A DNA stretch of 64,000 nt from Rikenellaceae bacterium (GTDB taxonomy: Bacteria; Bacteroidota; Bacteroidia; Bacteroidales; UBA932): NCBI GenBank assembly GCA_022766385.1, contig JALEPJ010000052.1:3472-67471 (forward strand), in the 5' to 3' direction. Below the pieces are notes generated by a model, which was given only the letters and a program-made list of their open reading frames with translations, had not been told where the DNA came from and ran no database searches. This document shows positions 30,538 to 40,773 of this stretch, one piece after another (within the stretch, counting starts at the first letter, position 1; each line of letters starts with the position of its first letter). Position numbers and translations under genes: made by a program.

Positions 30538-31857
30538 CTACGGATTGACAACCACTATCACGAGGAATCCCTGGTTTATTGGTGGACCAGCATCAATCGT
30601 GAACATACCCGAGCCATTGCCCAATAGGGTCAATGTCACCCCGTGCCCGTCTTCGTCAATCTCGTAGCTGTAGATACCTCGAGCCACGTCGTACTCCAAA
30701 TCGTCAATGCAGATATCCAGGGGAGTATCATGAGGATAGAGCTCGCACCAGATATGGACTTTGTCCCCATCCTTGCCAGTGATGAACTGCCCGGGAAATA
30801 GCTCAATCCTGCCTGTCTTCACTTCTTCTTCCGGTGGCAATGGAGTATCAGGTGAACTGCTGCCCTTCCGGGTGATGGTCAAGGAATAGCTATACTTAAC
30901 AGCACGCCCGACCCCCAAAGGCCCTCCGCTGTAACCGAAGCCCTCCTGATTAATCTCAATAGGGTAGTAATATGTGCTTCCGTCTATATCTCCTTGCACC
31001 ACAAGTCTCGTATTTTCGCTACCCAGGACACCTTCAGCTATGTCATTTGGGTAACAATACAGGTTCACCGCCTTCCACTGTCCCGGAGTAAAACGGCTGT
31101 ACAACATCTCCGGATGCCTCATGGTGCTAAGGTATGATTCATCCAGACGGCTGGCATTCACTAGCTCGTTCAGCCTGAATCCATCGTTTCTGAGTATCTC
31201 TGCACTTCCCGAGACATTGGTAAGATAAACACTGGCATTCTCAAGTGTACGGCTCTTGTAGCCTCGCCCGGAAAAGTTCACTTTAACGAAATCCAAGCAT
31301 ATATTCGAGATTAAAGGGGAAAGATGTACGTTGATAGTTTCCTGCTCACCGGACAAGAACCATGCTTCACCGCTCATTACCGGAAAGGATGGGTCCTCAT
31401 CCTTAAGACTGTATCTCAGACTCTCCAATTGTTCAAGATTTCTGATATTTAAAGGATTAATATATGTCCTGGCTACATTGGCCAGAACTACAAGATGTTT
31501 GTCACCTTTGCCCGAACTGATTCTCTGGTAAGGACCCTGAGGCAGCTCATAATGTATATATGAATCAATTCTCGATAGCTCGTCATCATCGAATACAAAG
31601 ATATCGAGGCACTTGATTCCTGTTATATCTGAGACCCTGCCAAGTGAAGCCTTGGTTTCTTGCCTCTTCACATCTATCAGATTGCTGATCAGAATGGTCT
31701 GCTCATACTTTAATCCATCATTTCCTACAGTTTCGGAAAAGTGGTCGGATCCGCTGCAGGACACAAGAAAGCAAACAGTGATAACAAGCAAGCAATTTGT
31801 GACAAGATCTGCCACAAGAAAAATCTTAGAGAGATGATTAAGCATTTGGTTTCTCAT
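30538..31857 (-). CDS. Lipoprotein of unknown function (possibly FimB/Mfa-like fimbrial family)
   Basis: 439 aa with a VCFLVSC lipobox. Blocks such as GIKCLDIFVFDDD resemble Bacteroidales Mfa/FimB-type pilus lipoproteins, but I cannot confirm the family. Confidence 0.4.
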   Translation of the reverse strand: MRNQMLNHLSKIFLVADLVTNCLLVITVCFLVSCSGSDHFSETVGNDGLKYEQTILISNLIDVKRQETKASLGRVSDITGIKCLDIFVFDDDELSRIDSYIHYELPQGPYQRISSGKGDKHLVVLANVARTYINPLNIRNLEQLESLRYSLKDEDPSFPVMSGEAWFLSGEQETINVHLSPLISNICLDFVKVNFSGRGYKSRTLENASVYLTNVSGSAEILRNDGFRLNELVNASRLDESYLSTMRHPEMLYSRFTPGQWKAVNLYCYPNDIAEGVLGSENTRLVVQGDIDGSTYYYPIEINQEGFGYSGGPLGVGRAVKYSYSLTITRKGSSSPDTPLPPEEEVKTGRIELFPGQFITGKDGDKVHIWCELYPHDTPLDICIDDLEYDVARGIYSYEIDEDGHGVTLTLLGNGSGMFTIDAGPPINQGFLVIVVVNP

Positions 31858-31935
31858 AGTCTTCGAATCTCACGATCGGAAAAGCTTCACCGACCTTATC
31901 CGAACGCGAATATATACTGGAGCAAGGCCAATACT

Positions 31936-31988
31936 TATAAAATTCATAAAAGTAGCGGGGTATAAGGCGTATTTATATGAATTTTATA
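31936..31988. repeat. Perfect 13-bp inverted repeat TATAAAATTCATA / TATGAATTTTATA with a 27-nt spacer
   Basis: Arms at 31936-31948 and 31976-31988 are exact reverse complements. They extend to 15 positions if a G-U and a C-G pair are allowed. Located about 80 nt upstream of the lipoprotein gene start. Confidence 0.7.
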
Positions 31989-32126
31989 GGTCAGCTTCTG
32001 TTTTTTTGGGGGAGAGGAGAAGTTCAGGAGGATAACAACGGAAAACTAAATCCCTCCCACTCCTGCGGAGCGGAACTCTGTCAGAGCCTTCCGACAACTC
32101 ATCATCACACTATATAATGTAAGAAA

Positions 32127-32160
32127 CCGGCCCTTTTGGGGTCGGCCTCTTTTGGTTTTC
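32127..32160 (+). terminator. Intrinsic-terminator-like hairpin, better formed on the plus strand
   Basis: CCGGCCC (32127-32133) pairs with GGGTCGG (32039 offset corrected: 32139-32145), 7 bp including one G-U, followed by CCTCTTTTGGTTTTC. On the minus strand the G-U becomes a C-A mismatch, so it is a weaker terminator for the fructokinase operon, which ends at 32241. Confidence 0.45.
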
Positions 32161-32240
32161 AATAATTGAGAAAGCTTGCAGGAAACAGCCGCGAGGATTG
32201 ACAATGAAACTACAAATAAAGACTTTTTATAATGCCCTTA

Positions 32241-33128
32241 TTACAAGTGTTTCAATTCTTCCGGAAGCACAGGCATTGCGCCCGCCTGAGTGCAGACATA
32301 TGCCGACACATCCACTGCGAGCTTGTGGGCATCTCTAATGCTCTTTCCGGAGAGCAATGATGCTACGAATGCGCCAGTGAACGAATCACCGGCTCCGACA
32401 GTATCGACAACCTCAACCTTTGGAGTATCCATCCATGACTCACATCCGTCAGCCGCAAGAACGAAACTACCTTTTTCACCACAGGTCAGAATGACCATCC
32501 TTAGGGCGTACATATCAATGAGAGCCTGACATACAGCTTTCTGTCCTTCTGCCTGAATATCAAGAAGCTCCTTAACAATGACGAGTTCATCATCATTAAT
32601 CTTCAGGATATTGCACTTGTGAAGCGAATTTTCGATGACTTCCTTGGAATACCAGGATTGACGAAGATTGATGTCAAAGACCTTGAGATGCTCTTCATCA
32701 GCCGGCATAAGGTCAATAAAAGCATTGATGGTGTCTCGTGAGCATTTGTTTCTTTGTGCGAGAGAGCCGAAGCACACGACCGTAGCTTTCTGCGCCAAAG
32801 CCTTCAGCTCATCATTCAGGGCAATATTATCCCAAGCAACACCCTGGCAGATGTCATATGAAGGAATTCCCCTCTCGTCCACACTCACCTGGACAGTTCC
32901 AGTCGGATAAGATAGTTTTTCCATTGAAACTGCGAGGCCTACCTTTGCGTACTCGGAGAGAAGTTCTGCTCCGAGTTCATCGTCACCAAGTGCGCTGACT
33001 GCGACACTGTCAATACCGAACTGCGATACGTGATAAGCAAAATTGGCAGGGGCACCGCCCATCTTTTTTCCTGATGGGAGCACATCCCAAAGGGCTTCTC
33101 CCATACCAATAACAAGTTGTTCTTTCAT
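32241..33128 (-). CDS. PfkB-family carbohydrate kinase (fructokinase-like)
   Basis: 295 aa; GEALWDVLPSGKKMGGAPANFAYH N-terminus and the DTVGAGDSFTGAF ATP-site motif. Confidence 0.85.
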   Translation of the reverse strand: MKEQLVIGMGEALWDVLPSGKKMGGAPANFAYHVSQFGIDSVAVSALGDDELGAELLSEYAKVGLAVSMEKLSYPTGTVQVSVDERGIPSYDICQGVAWDNIALNDELKALAQKATVVCFGSLAQRNKCSRDTINAFIDLMPADEEHLKVFDINLRQSWYSKEVIENSLHKCNILKINDDELVIVKELLDIQAEGQKAVCQALIDMYALRMVILTCGEKGSFVLAADGCESWMDTPKVEVVDTVGAGDSFTGAFVASLLSGKSIRDAHKLAVDVSAYVCTQAGAMPVLPEELKHL

Positions 33129-33148
33129 AATGAGGCTTGATTCCGGAA

Positions 33149-34885
33149 TTAGTACTTGTAAATGATTGCAGAGACAGGAGAGAGTGTGATGGTGTCAATA
33201 CCCTTCTTTGCATTTGACTTATAGCTTGCCTTGGTATAACTGCCACCGATAATCTCAGGAGTCTTGCCCTGGAACTCGATCTGGGTTGTCACTTTCTTGG
33301 CTGTAGGATTGAGCACTATGATGCACTTCTCAGAGCCGAGAGTACGTTCATAAACCATAGGATATGGAGTCTCCAGACCATTGACAAGTCTCCAATCAGC
33401 ATCCGCGCCTATGACAGGATTGTCCTTGCGAAGCTGGATAAGGGTTCTGGTATAGTTGAGAAGCGAGTTAGGGTCATTCTCAGACTTTTCAACAGTATTG
33501 CGGTTTGGATCCGGATCCTGTGGTATATAGAGTTTCTCAATTGGAGCGCTTGAGAATCCGGCATTGTCACTTGAATCCCAAAGCATAGGAATTCTTGTTC
33601 CTGAACGCATCATAGAACCCTCAACAGATGGGAGTCCGAACTGCTGTTTAAGACCGATTTCATCACCATAATAAATGAAAGGAACGCCCGGCATAGTAAG
33701 GAAGAATGTCATATAAACTTTCTCCTGCTCGAGTGTGGTTCTGGCTGCGGCAGCCGGTCTGTTAAAGTCGTGGTTAGAGGTTGGAAGGCTGGCATAGCCC
33801 TTGCCCTTAACGGCATTGTACTGATAAGAGTAGAGATCGTACCAGGTCTTGAGTTCTCCCCTACCCTCAAGTTCGAACCAGCAAGGCTGAGACTTGCCCT
33901 GACGGTCGGTATTGAAGAAGAGAGTCGAGAAGTTGTACTTGCCGTCGTGAGCAAAGAAATCGACATCGAAGCCCGCCTCGATTGACTGTTCAGGATTGAA
34001 CCATTCAGCAATGAGGAGTCCCTCAGGATAAGTCTCCTTGAACCACTTGGAAAGGTCTTCCTTCCAAAGCTTAATTGTAGCTGACTTGTCAAAGTCGTTC
34101 TTGACAAGGCTTGCTGCCATATCGACACGGAAGCCGTCAACACCCTTGTCCATCCAGAAAGAGATGATATTCTTGAGCTCGCGGCGCATTGCCATAGGTC
34201 CTGGTGCATCAACTGCCTGCTCCCAAGGATGTTCAGGATCAGGATTTGCGAAACCAAAATTAAGCGCAGGTTGGGTATCAAAGAAATTCTTCACATAATA
34301 TGGTCCGCGAGGAGCATCACTCGCCACAAACTTATTGACAATATTGTTCATCGAATTCATCAACTGGGCATAGTCGGTCTTGCCTGCAAGATTCTGCTCA
34401 TTCTTGATTTCAGGCTTGAACGATGGCCAGATATAGTAGTCGCTGTATCTGAGATTCGGATCAGCCTCCTTTGACTGCTTGAACCATTCGCACTGGTCTG
34501 AAGAATGGCCGGCCACGAGGTCAAGAATGACCTTCATTCCGCGTGCATGTGCTTGGTTCACAAGCTCTACAAGGTCGGAGTTGGTTCCGAAGCGAGGATC
34601 AATTTTATAGAAGTCAATTACATCATATCCGCCATCAGTGAAGCCTGAAACGAATACAGGATTCATCCAAATGGCTGATACTCCTATTGACTTTATATAG
34701 TCCAAGCGAGAGATAATACCCGGGATATCTCCGATTCCGTTTCCGTCAGAATCCTGGAAAGAGGACGGGTATATTTGATAAACCACTGCATCTTTGAGCC
34801 AAGAAGCGTGGTGATTCACCTGGGCTGATGCAGCTGCTGAAAGCAAGATACCCGCAGCTGTTGCAATTAGTGTTTTAGTTCTCAT
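33149..34885 (-). CDS. GH13 alpha-amylase-family glycoside hydrolase (alpha-glucosidase-like), secreted
   Basis: Signal peptide; YQIYPSSFQDSDGNGIGDIPGIISRLDYIKSIGVSAIWMNPVF; DLVAGHSS; the GFRVDMA nucleophile region. Confidence 0.85.
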   Translation of the reverse strand: MRTKTLIATAAGILLSAAASAQVNHHASWLKDAVVYQIYPSSFQDSDGNGIGDIPGIISRLDYIKSIGVSAIWMNPVFVSGFTDGGYDVIDFYKIDPRFGTNSDLVELVNQAHARGMKVILDLVAGHSSDQCEWFKQSKEADPNLRYSDYYIWPSFKPEIKNEQNLAGKTDYAQLMNSMNNIVNKFVASDAPRGPYYVKNFFDTQPALNFGFANPDPEHPWEQAVDAPGPMAMRRELKNIISFWMDKGVDGFRVDMAASLVKNDFDKSATIKLWKEDLSKWFKETYPEGLLIAEWFNPEQSIEAGFDVDFFAHDGKYNFSTLFFNTDRQGKSQPCWFELEGRGELKTWYDLYSYQYNAVKGKGYASLPTSNHDFNRPAAAARTTLEQEKVYMTFFLTMPGVPFIYYGDEIGLKQQFGLPSVEGSMMRSGTRIPMLWDSSDNAGFSSAPIEKLYIPQDPDPNRNTVEKSENDPNSLLNYTRTLIQLRKDNPVIGADADWRLVNGLETPYPMVYERTLGSEKCIIVLNPTAKKVTTQIEFQGKTPEIIGGSYTKASYKSNAKKGIDTITLSPVSAIIYKY

Positions 34886-34896
34886 ATTATATGGGT

Positions 34897-35784
34897 TTAT
34901 AATTTTTCTACAACCAAACGGAGCCAGTCTTCAAGATCTCTTACCCAACTGGCTTTATATATCATAGAATCCTGCCATCCGAAACCGTGTCCACCGCTCG
35001 GATAGATATGCATTGTCGCTGAGACTCCGTGATTGATCAACTGCTCATAGTACCTGAGACTGTTTGCAGGAGGCACAGCGGTATCATCTGAGCAGAGGAA
35101 GATGAATGCAGGAGGAGTGTCTTCAGTGACATTCTTCTCACAGCTGTATTTGTCCACCAGCTCCTGAGACGGATTCTTTCCGAGTAGTGCATCCCGTGAA
35201 AGCTGATTGGTAAACGATTCCTCCATCGTGATAACCGGATACATCAGAAACTGGAAATCAGGTCTGGTCTCCGGACTGCTGTACATAGTGGCTAATGAAG
35301 CCGCGAGATGACCGCCAGCTGAATTACCGGCAATGCCTATCTTGGTGATTCCCAGCTCTTTCGACTTGGCTCTCATTACTCTCATTGCCTGCTCGGCATC
35401 GCTGAGAGGGACTTCGTGATGACCGACAGGAAGACGGTACTGAAGCATACAGTAAGTAATGCCTCTGGCATTGAACCAGTCCTTCATATCACGTCCTTCA
35501 TAAGTCTGAGACTCCATAATGTACGCACCTCCAGGGCACATAATCACACAAAGTCCGTTAGGATTCTTTGCGGGATAGACCTCAAGGAACGCCTCCTCGT
35601 ATTCGTGAGCCCGGAATACAATAAACCCTGAATCAGGACCAGGAATTGTAAATGCATTAGGAGCTCCGTCGGGCCAAAGTTTTACAGTATCAATGGGAGC
35701 AGGTCCTCCCGGCTGGGCGAAGGCGAAGAACGATGTCAGTAACAGAACAATCAAGATGCAAAAACGTTTCATAATGTTTTTCAA
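34897..35784 (-). CDS. Secreted alpha/beta-hydrolase (esterase)
   Basis: Signal peptide; the GNSAGGHLA nucleophile-elbow (GxSxG) motif; C-terminal GGHGF. Confidence 0.8.
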   Translation of the reverse strand: MKNIMKRFCILIVLLLTSFFAFAQPGGPAPIDTVKLWPDGAPNAFTIPGPDSGFIVFRAHEYEEAFLEVYPAKNPNGLCVIMCPGGAYIMESQTYEGRDMKDWFNARGITYCMLQYRLPVGHHEVPLSDAEQAMRVMRAKSKELGITKIGIAGNSAGGHLAASLATMYSSPETRPDFQFLMYPVITMEESFTNQLSRDALLGKNPSQELVDKYSCEKNVTEDTPPAFIFLCSDDTAVPPANSLRYYEQLINHGVSATMHIYPSGGHGFGWQDSMIYKASWVRDLEDWLRLVVEKL

Positions 35785-35840
35785 AAAAAGGATATGGTCA
35801 GACTTGGCCGCCCATATCCTTCAAATTTAGGAAAAATCAA

Positions 35841-37673
35841 TTAAAATGCAGCGTAACCAGGGTTCTGGGTATATGCTCCCTTCGAGAGATTGTACTGGGT
35901 GAGAGGAATAGGGAGATACTCATCACGGCCGGCAACGAACTTGACGCCCTTGTAGTAAACTCTCTTGCTCTGCTCAACTTCAAAGTACTTGTTCATAGTC
36001 TCGGCAGCGATGCCCCAGCGGACGAGGTCGAACATACGTTCACCCTCAAGTGCGCACTCGATACGGGTCTCGTGACGGAGAGCCTTTCTCGCTACTTCCT
36101 GATTCCAGCCAGCTGCAGGATATTCGTTGATAACATAGTTACCGCAATATCCATCGATATTTACAGCATCAGGGAACTTAGGATCAACAAATGCAGTAAC
36201 ATACGGGCTGTTCTTCGCCCTATTACGTATCTGATTGATGATAGGTCTTGCCTCATCTGCCCTGCCAAGCTCAATAAGAGCTTCTGCTCTCCAGAGGAGA
36301 ACGTGAGCGTAACGGATAATCTGATAGTTGAGAGCTGAGTTACCCCAAGGATAGGTAGTTGCAAGATCTCCTGAATCTGGAGAAACGAGGAAGCGCTTTA
36401 CAAAGTGATAACCGTAAGAGTTGAAATCTCTGTACCAGAGTGCAGTAACAGGCTCAACGGTATAAGTCTTCCAGCGCACATTTATACGACCGATAATGAA
36501 GTCGATGCGTGGGTCAACAGGTGAATCGATATGAGTGTTGGTATATCTCTTGCTACCGTCATCCATAATTTTTTCCTCGACAATGTCGTAGTCACGTGTC
36601 TGCCAAGAACCGTCAAGAAGAGGAAGTCCGTCCTTACCAGTCTGGAAGGCATTGACAAGATCCTGGCTGGACTTAAAGAAGTCGTCACCGTTGTAAGGGC
36701 CCTTAGGAGTATTGAGAAGTGCGCTCCAGTTTACGTGACCTACACCGGAGTATGCCCAAGGGAGCTGCATGGTAGCACCGTCATTGGTAGAATACTGAAT
36801 AGCGAAAATAGACTCCTTTCCGTTCTCGTGAGCTACCATATCAAGCATCTGGAAATCCTCAAAGAGGCCATATCTGCCGCTTGAAATAACTTCACCGGTG
36901 AGCGTAACCACCTTCTCCATATCAGCCTTGTCAATGGATACAATCTTATGATTGCTCTCGTCCTGACGATATGCCTTGTAGAGATAAACCTTGGCTGCGT
37001 ATGCCTTTGCAACATATTTATTGACACGGCCTGCATCTTTGAAAGACTCAGGAAGAACAGCTGCAGCCGCCTCGAATTCCTTGGCTATCATACCAAGCAA
37101 CTCGTCTCTGGTGTATTCATCGTTTTTGATATTGATATACTCCTTCTCAGGTACTGTCTCGTCAATCCAGACTATCTTGTTGAAGTGACGGACAAGCTCG
37201 AAATAGTAGTGAGCCCTGAGAGCTCGCATCTCAGCCACATAAGTCTCCTTCTCAGGGACCTTGTCAGCGTCAACAGTAGCAAGTACTTGCAGTGCTGAAT
37301 TGGTACGCTTTACAGAATTGTAGAGAGCAACCCAGATGTTGTTTGGTGTGCCATGTGTAGCATCGACAACATAGGTTTCCATATTGTGGAATCCTGCATT
37401 GTCCGAAGGACCGCCACCGCCCTTGTAGGCATTGTCGGCACGAAGCTCACCTTCAAGCCAGTGATTAACAGGAGCACCCATAGCTCCGAAAGTGGTATTC
37501 GGGCCTGCAAGTGCAGAATAAGCAGCATTAAGAAGATAAGGAAGACCCTCGCTTGAAGCCATTACGCCGTCATTCAACGAACCCTGTGGCATAATATCGA
37601 GGAATTCCTTCTCGTTACAGCTTGAAAGCGATGCAACAAGTGCGGCTCCTAAAAGAAAATATCTGAATTTCAT
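35841..37673 (-). CDS. RagB/SusD-family nutrient-binding outer-membrane lipoprotein
   Basis: 610 aa; LVASLSSC lipobox; immediately downstream of the SusC-like gene; TPR-like helical content and a C-terminal ...GYTQNPGY typical of SusD homologues. Confidence 0.9.
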   Translation of the reverse strand: MKFRYFLLGAALVASLSSCNEKEFLDIMPQGSLNDGVMASSEGLPYLLNAAYSALAGPNTTFGAMGAPVNHWLEGELRADNAYKGGGGPSDNAGFHNMETYVVDATHGTPNNIWVALYNSVKRTNSALQVLATVDADKVPEKETYVAEMRALRAHYYFELVRHFNKIVWIDETVPEKEYINIKNDEYTRDELLGMIAKEFEAAAAVLPESFKDAGRVNKYVAKAYAAKVYLYKAYRQDESNHKIVSIDKADMEKVVTLTGEVISSGRYGLFEDFQMLDMVAHENGKESIFAIQYSTNDGATMQLPWAYSGVGHVNWSALLNTPKGPYNGDDFFKSSQDLVNAFQTGKDGLPLLDGSWQTRDYDIVEEKIMDDGSKRYTNTHIDSPVDPRIDFIIGRINVRWKTYTVEPVTALWYRDFNSYGYHFVKRFLVSPDSGDLATTYPWGNSALNYQIIRYAHVLLWRAEALIELGRADEARPIINQIRNRAKNSPYVTAFVDPKFPDAVNIDGYCGNYVINEYPAAGWNQEVARKALRHETRIECALEGERMFDLVRWGIAAETMNKYFEVEQSKRVYYKGVKFVAGRDEYLPIPLTQYNLSKGAYTQNPGYAAF

Positions 37674-37698
37674 AATCTTCGTACGTAATTAAGTCAAA

Positions 37699-40600
37699 CT
37701 AGAATCCGATGTTAAGGCCGGCAACAAGGTTGAATGAGTTTGGATAAGGATATCCGAGAGACTCAGGATCAGGTCCTGTGTACTTGGTAATGGTGAAGAG
37801 GTTCTGAGTCTGGAGATATACCCTTGCAGACTTAGCTTTAATCTTGTTGAGTGCGGTCTGAGGAAGTGAATAACCTACAACAAGGTTCTTCATCTTGATA
37901 TAAGAACCGTTCTCTACGTACCAGCTGTTCTGAACACCTTCCTTGTTGGTATCGATAGTGGATACGGCAGCATAGTCAGAGGTGTATGTACCGGTCTTGA
38001 TGAAATCCTCATAGCCCTTGACAGCATCAAGAAGCCTTGTTGAGTGGTTTCCGAGACCCTCTCCGAGCGGGAAGAAATCTGTATAGAGCTTTGACGAGTT
38101 GTATGCGTCACGTATCATACCGCTGAAGAACATTGAGAAGTCCCAACCCTTGTAGTTTGCTGAGAAATTGAGACCGAAACTGAGCTTAGGATTGTTGGTT
38201 CCGATATAAGCCTGATCAGAAGTATTGATGATACCGTCATTGTTGACATCTGCATATCTAAGGCGGCCAATACCAGGAGTACCGTACTTCACATCATACT
38301 TGCTCTTGTACTCGTCTACCTCAGCCTGAGTGCGGAAGAGACCGTCAACAACATAACCGACAAGAGCTCCGTATGGAAGGCCTACGTTGGAAATGCCTGC
38401 AGCCTGGTTACCGCAACCATAGGTATAGTACAAATCTTCAGGAAGATAGGTAATCTTATTCTTGTATGCAGCTGCATTTGCAGAGATGTCATAGCTAAAG
38501 TCACCATGTACATTCTTCCAGCCAGCGACAATCTCGAAACCCTTGTTGTTCATCGAAGCGCAGTTCTGGAATGAAGCTCCACCTTCACCTACGATAGCTG
38601 CGACAGGAACCTGGTAAAGCATATCGGTGGTATTCTTGTTGTAAACGTCTGCCGAGAAGGTGAGTCTGTTATCAAACAAGCCTGCATCGATACCGAGATT
38701 GAGCTGCTCAGTCTGCTCCCAACGGAGAAGAGGGTTACCTGACTGGGTACGAACCGCACCTGAAGAAAGGGTGGAATTGTCACCGCTGAGGTTGTAGCTA
38801 CCGTTCCAAATGTTCACACTGTAAATTGAATAGGTAGCGGTATTGTTAATCTGGTCATTACCGTTGATACCCCATGAAGCACGGAATTTGAGGTCTGAGA
38901 GCCAGTTCTTGGTATTTGCCATAAAGTTCTCGTTGCTGATCTTCCAACCGAGTGATGCTGAAGGGAAAATACCTGCATTGTTCTGCTTGCCGAAACGAGA
39001 AGAAGCATCGCGGCGTATAGTTGCAGAGAAGAGATACTTGTCAGCAAGAGTATAGTTGACCTTACCGAAATATGAGGTCATCGCGTAGATATTGGCATTG
39101 TTTGAAGAAGTCTTTGTGCCTTCAGCAACATCTACGTAAACATAGTCGCGCGATGTCATTGCGAAACCGGTAGCCTGCGCTCTGAGAAGGTCGACGCGGT
39201 TCTTCTTGGCCTCGGTACCGAGGAGGAAGGTTGCATTGTGGATACCCTTGTTGAAAGAATAGGTGGCAGTATTGGTCCATACCCACTCGAGAGTCTCGGT
39301 CATCTGGATATCGAGGGCGCTTTCAGAATATGAACGGGTATGCTCGTCCCAAGCAGGAGTGAACTCGTTCGAGTAATCAGGATTGTAGTTCACACCGAAA
39401 TTTGAACGGAGGACAAGGCCCTTGACAGGAGTGATGTCAATGTAAGCGTTTCCGAAGATACGCCAGCTCTTGAAGATGTTATTGGCCTCATTGTCAATGT
39501 ATCTTCTGATATTCTGGCGGCTTCCGAGGAGGTCTACGTCAGCTCCGCCATAAGTGCCGTCTGTAGCGTAGATGGCCTGTGCAGGATGCTGGGCAATAAT
39601 CTGTCTCTCGATAGCCTCATATCCTCTCGGCTTCTTGTGCTGAGTCCAGTAAGTAACGTTGAGAGACTCACCGATCTTGAGCTTGTTATTAAAGAAACGG
39701 TATTCAGAATTGTATCTGGTACCGAATGACTTGTAATCGGTATTCTTCAATGTACCGTCCTGGTCCATATAATTGAGACTGAGTGAAGAAACGTGGTCCT
39801 TGCTACCCTTTGAGAGCGAGAGGCTGTAAGTCTGCATAAGAGCTGGACGATATGACTCTCCGAACCAGTCAGTATCTGAGATGAGCATCTTTACACCGTC
39901 TTTCTCCCAATATGGCTGACCGAGCTTGAGTTGTGCAGTAGGACCGTCACCGTAAAGAATAGACTTAGGTGTAGTACCGAAATCATACTTGTAAGCTGCC
40001 CAGTAAACATCTCCCCACTGCTGAGCATTCATAAGAGGAATGCCTCTGCGGGCTACCTGAAGGGACATAGTAGTGTTGAAATCAACCTTGATGACACCTT
40101 CCTTTGCCTGTTTTGTGGTAATGATGATGACACCGTTTGCAGCCTGAGCGCCATAGATAGCAGCGGAAGCCGCATCCTTGAGCACCTGCATTGACTCGAT
40201 ATCATTGCTGTTGACAATGGTACCGATATCGGCGCGGGTCATAACACCATCAATGACATAAAGAGGAGAAGAGTTGTTGATGGTAGTGGTACCGCGGATG
40301 AGGGAAGATGTTCCCTGTCCACCAGGTGTACCGTCGGAGGTAACGTTCATACCAGCCACACGGCCATTGAGGGCTGTCATCACATTACCTGTAGGAATAT
40401 CTGCAACTTCCTTCATCTTTACGACAGCGACTGAACCTGTAAGGTCCTTCTTTTTCTCTGTCATATAACCCGTAACGACAACATCATCGAGGAATTCAGT
40501 ATCCTCCTGAAGGACAACGTCAATAACGGGAGCTGCCTTGAAAGTCTGGCTGATATAGCCAATGCAAGAGAACTCCACAGTGGCACCGCTTGGGACTGTG

Positions 40601-40770
40601 AGTTCATATTTTCCATCGAGATCGGTTGAAGTACCGGTAGTGGTACCCTTGACCAGAACAGAAACGCCAATCACCGGTTCATTGGAAGAATCGGTAACTG
40701 TTCCTGAAACCTTGATGGTCTGAGCGAAAGACACCGTTCCAAGGAAGAGTGTCAAACACAAAGCAATCAA
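37699..40770 (-). CDS. SusC/RagA-family TonB-dependent outer-membrane transporter
   Basis: 1023 aa; carboxypeptidase-regulatory-like N-terminal domain (IKVSGTVTDSSNEPVIGVSVLVKGTTTGTSTDLDGKYEL), a plug domain, and a C-terminal ...NIGF beta-barrel terminus. The only possible start is TTG at 40770. Confidence 0.9.
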   Translation of the reverse strand: MIALCLTLFLGTVSFAQTIKVSGTVTDSSNEPVIGVSVLVKGTTTGTSTDLDGKYELTVPSGATVEFSCIGYISQTFKAAPVIDVVLQEDTEFLDDVVVTGYMTEKKKDLTGSVAVVKMKEVADIPTGNVMTALNGRVAGMNVTSDGTPGGQGTSSLIRGTTTINNSSPLYVIDGVMTRADIGTIVNSNDIESMQVLKDAASAAIYGAQAANGVIIITTKQAKEGVIKVDFNTTMSLQVARRGIPLMNAQQWGDVYWAAYKYDFGTTPKSILYGDGPTAQLKLGQPYWEKDGVKMLISDTDWFGESYRPALMQTYSLSLSKGSKDHVSSLSLNYMDQDGTLKNTDYKSFGTRYNSEYRFFNNKLKIGESLNVTYWTQHKKPRGYEAIERQIIAQHPAQAIYATDGTYGGADVDLLGSRQNIRRYIDNEANNIFKSWRIFGNAYIDITPVKGLVLRSNFGVNYNPDYSNEFTPAWDEHTRSYSESALDIQMTETLEWVWTNTATYSFNKGIHNATFLLGTEAKKNRVDLLRAQATGFAMTSRDYVYVDVAEGTKTSSNNANIYAMTSYFGKVNYTLADKYLFSATIRRDASSRFGKQNNAGIFPSASLGWKISNENFMANTKNWLSDLKFRASWGINGNDQINNTATYSIYSVNIWNGSYNLSGDNSTLSSGAVRTQSGNPLLRWEQTEQLNLGIDAGLFDNRLTFSADVYNKNTTDMLYQVPVAAIVGEGGASFQNCASMNNKGFEIVAGWKNVHGDFSYDISANAAAYKNKITYLPEDLYYTYGCGNQAAGISNVGLPYGALVGYVVDGLFRTQAEVDEYKSKYDVKYGTPGIGRLRYADVNNDGIINTSDQAYIGTNNPKLSFGLNFSANYKGWDFSMFFSGMIRDAYNSSKLYTDFFPLGEGLGNHSTRLLDAVKGYEDFIKTGTYTSDYAAVSTIDTNKEGVQNSWYVENGSYIKMKNLVVGYSLPQTALNKIKAKSARVYLQTQNLFTITKYTGPDPESLGYPYPNSFNLVAGLNIGF

Positions 40771-40773
40771 TCA

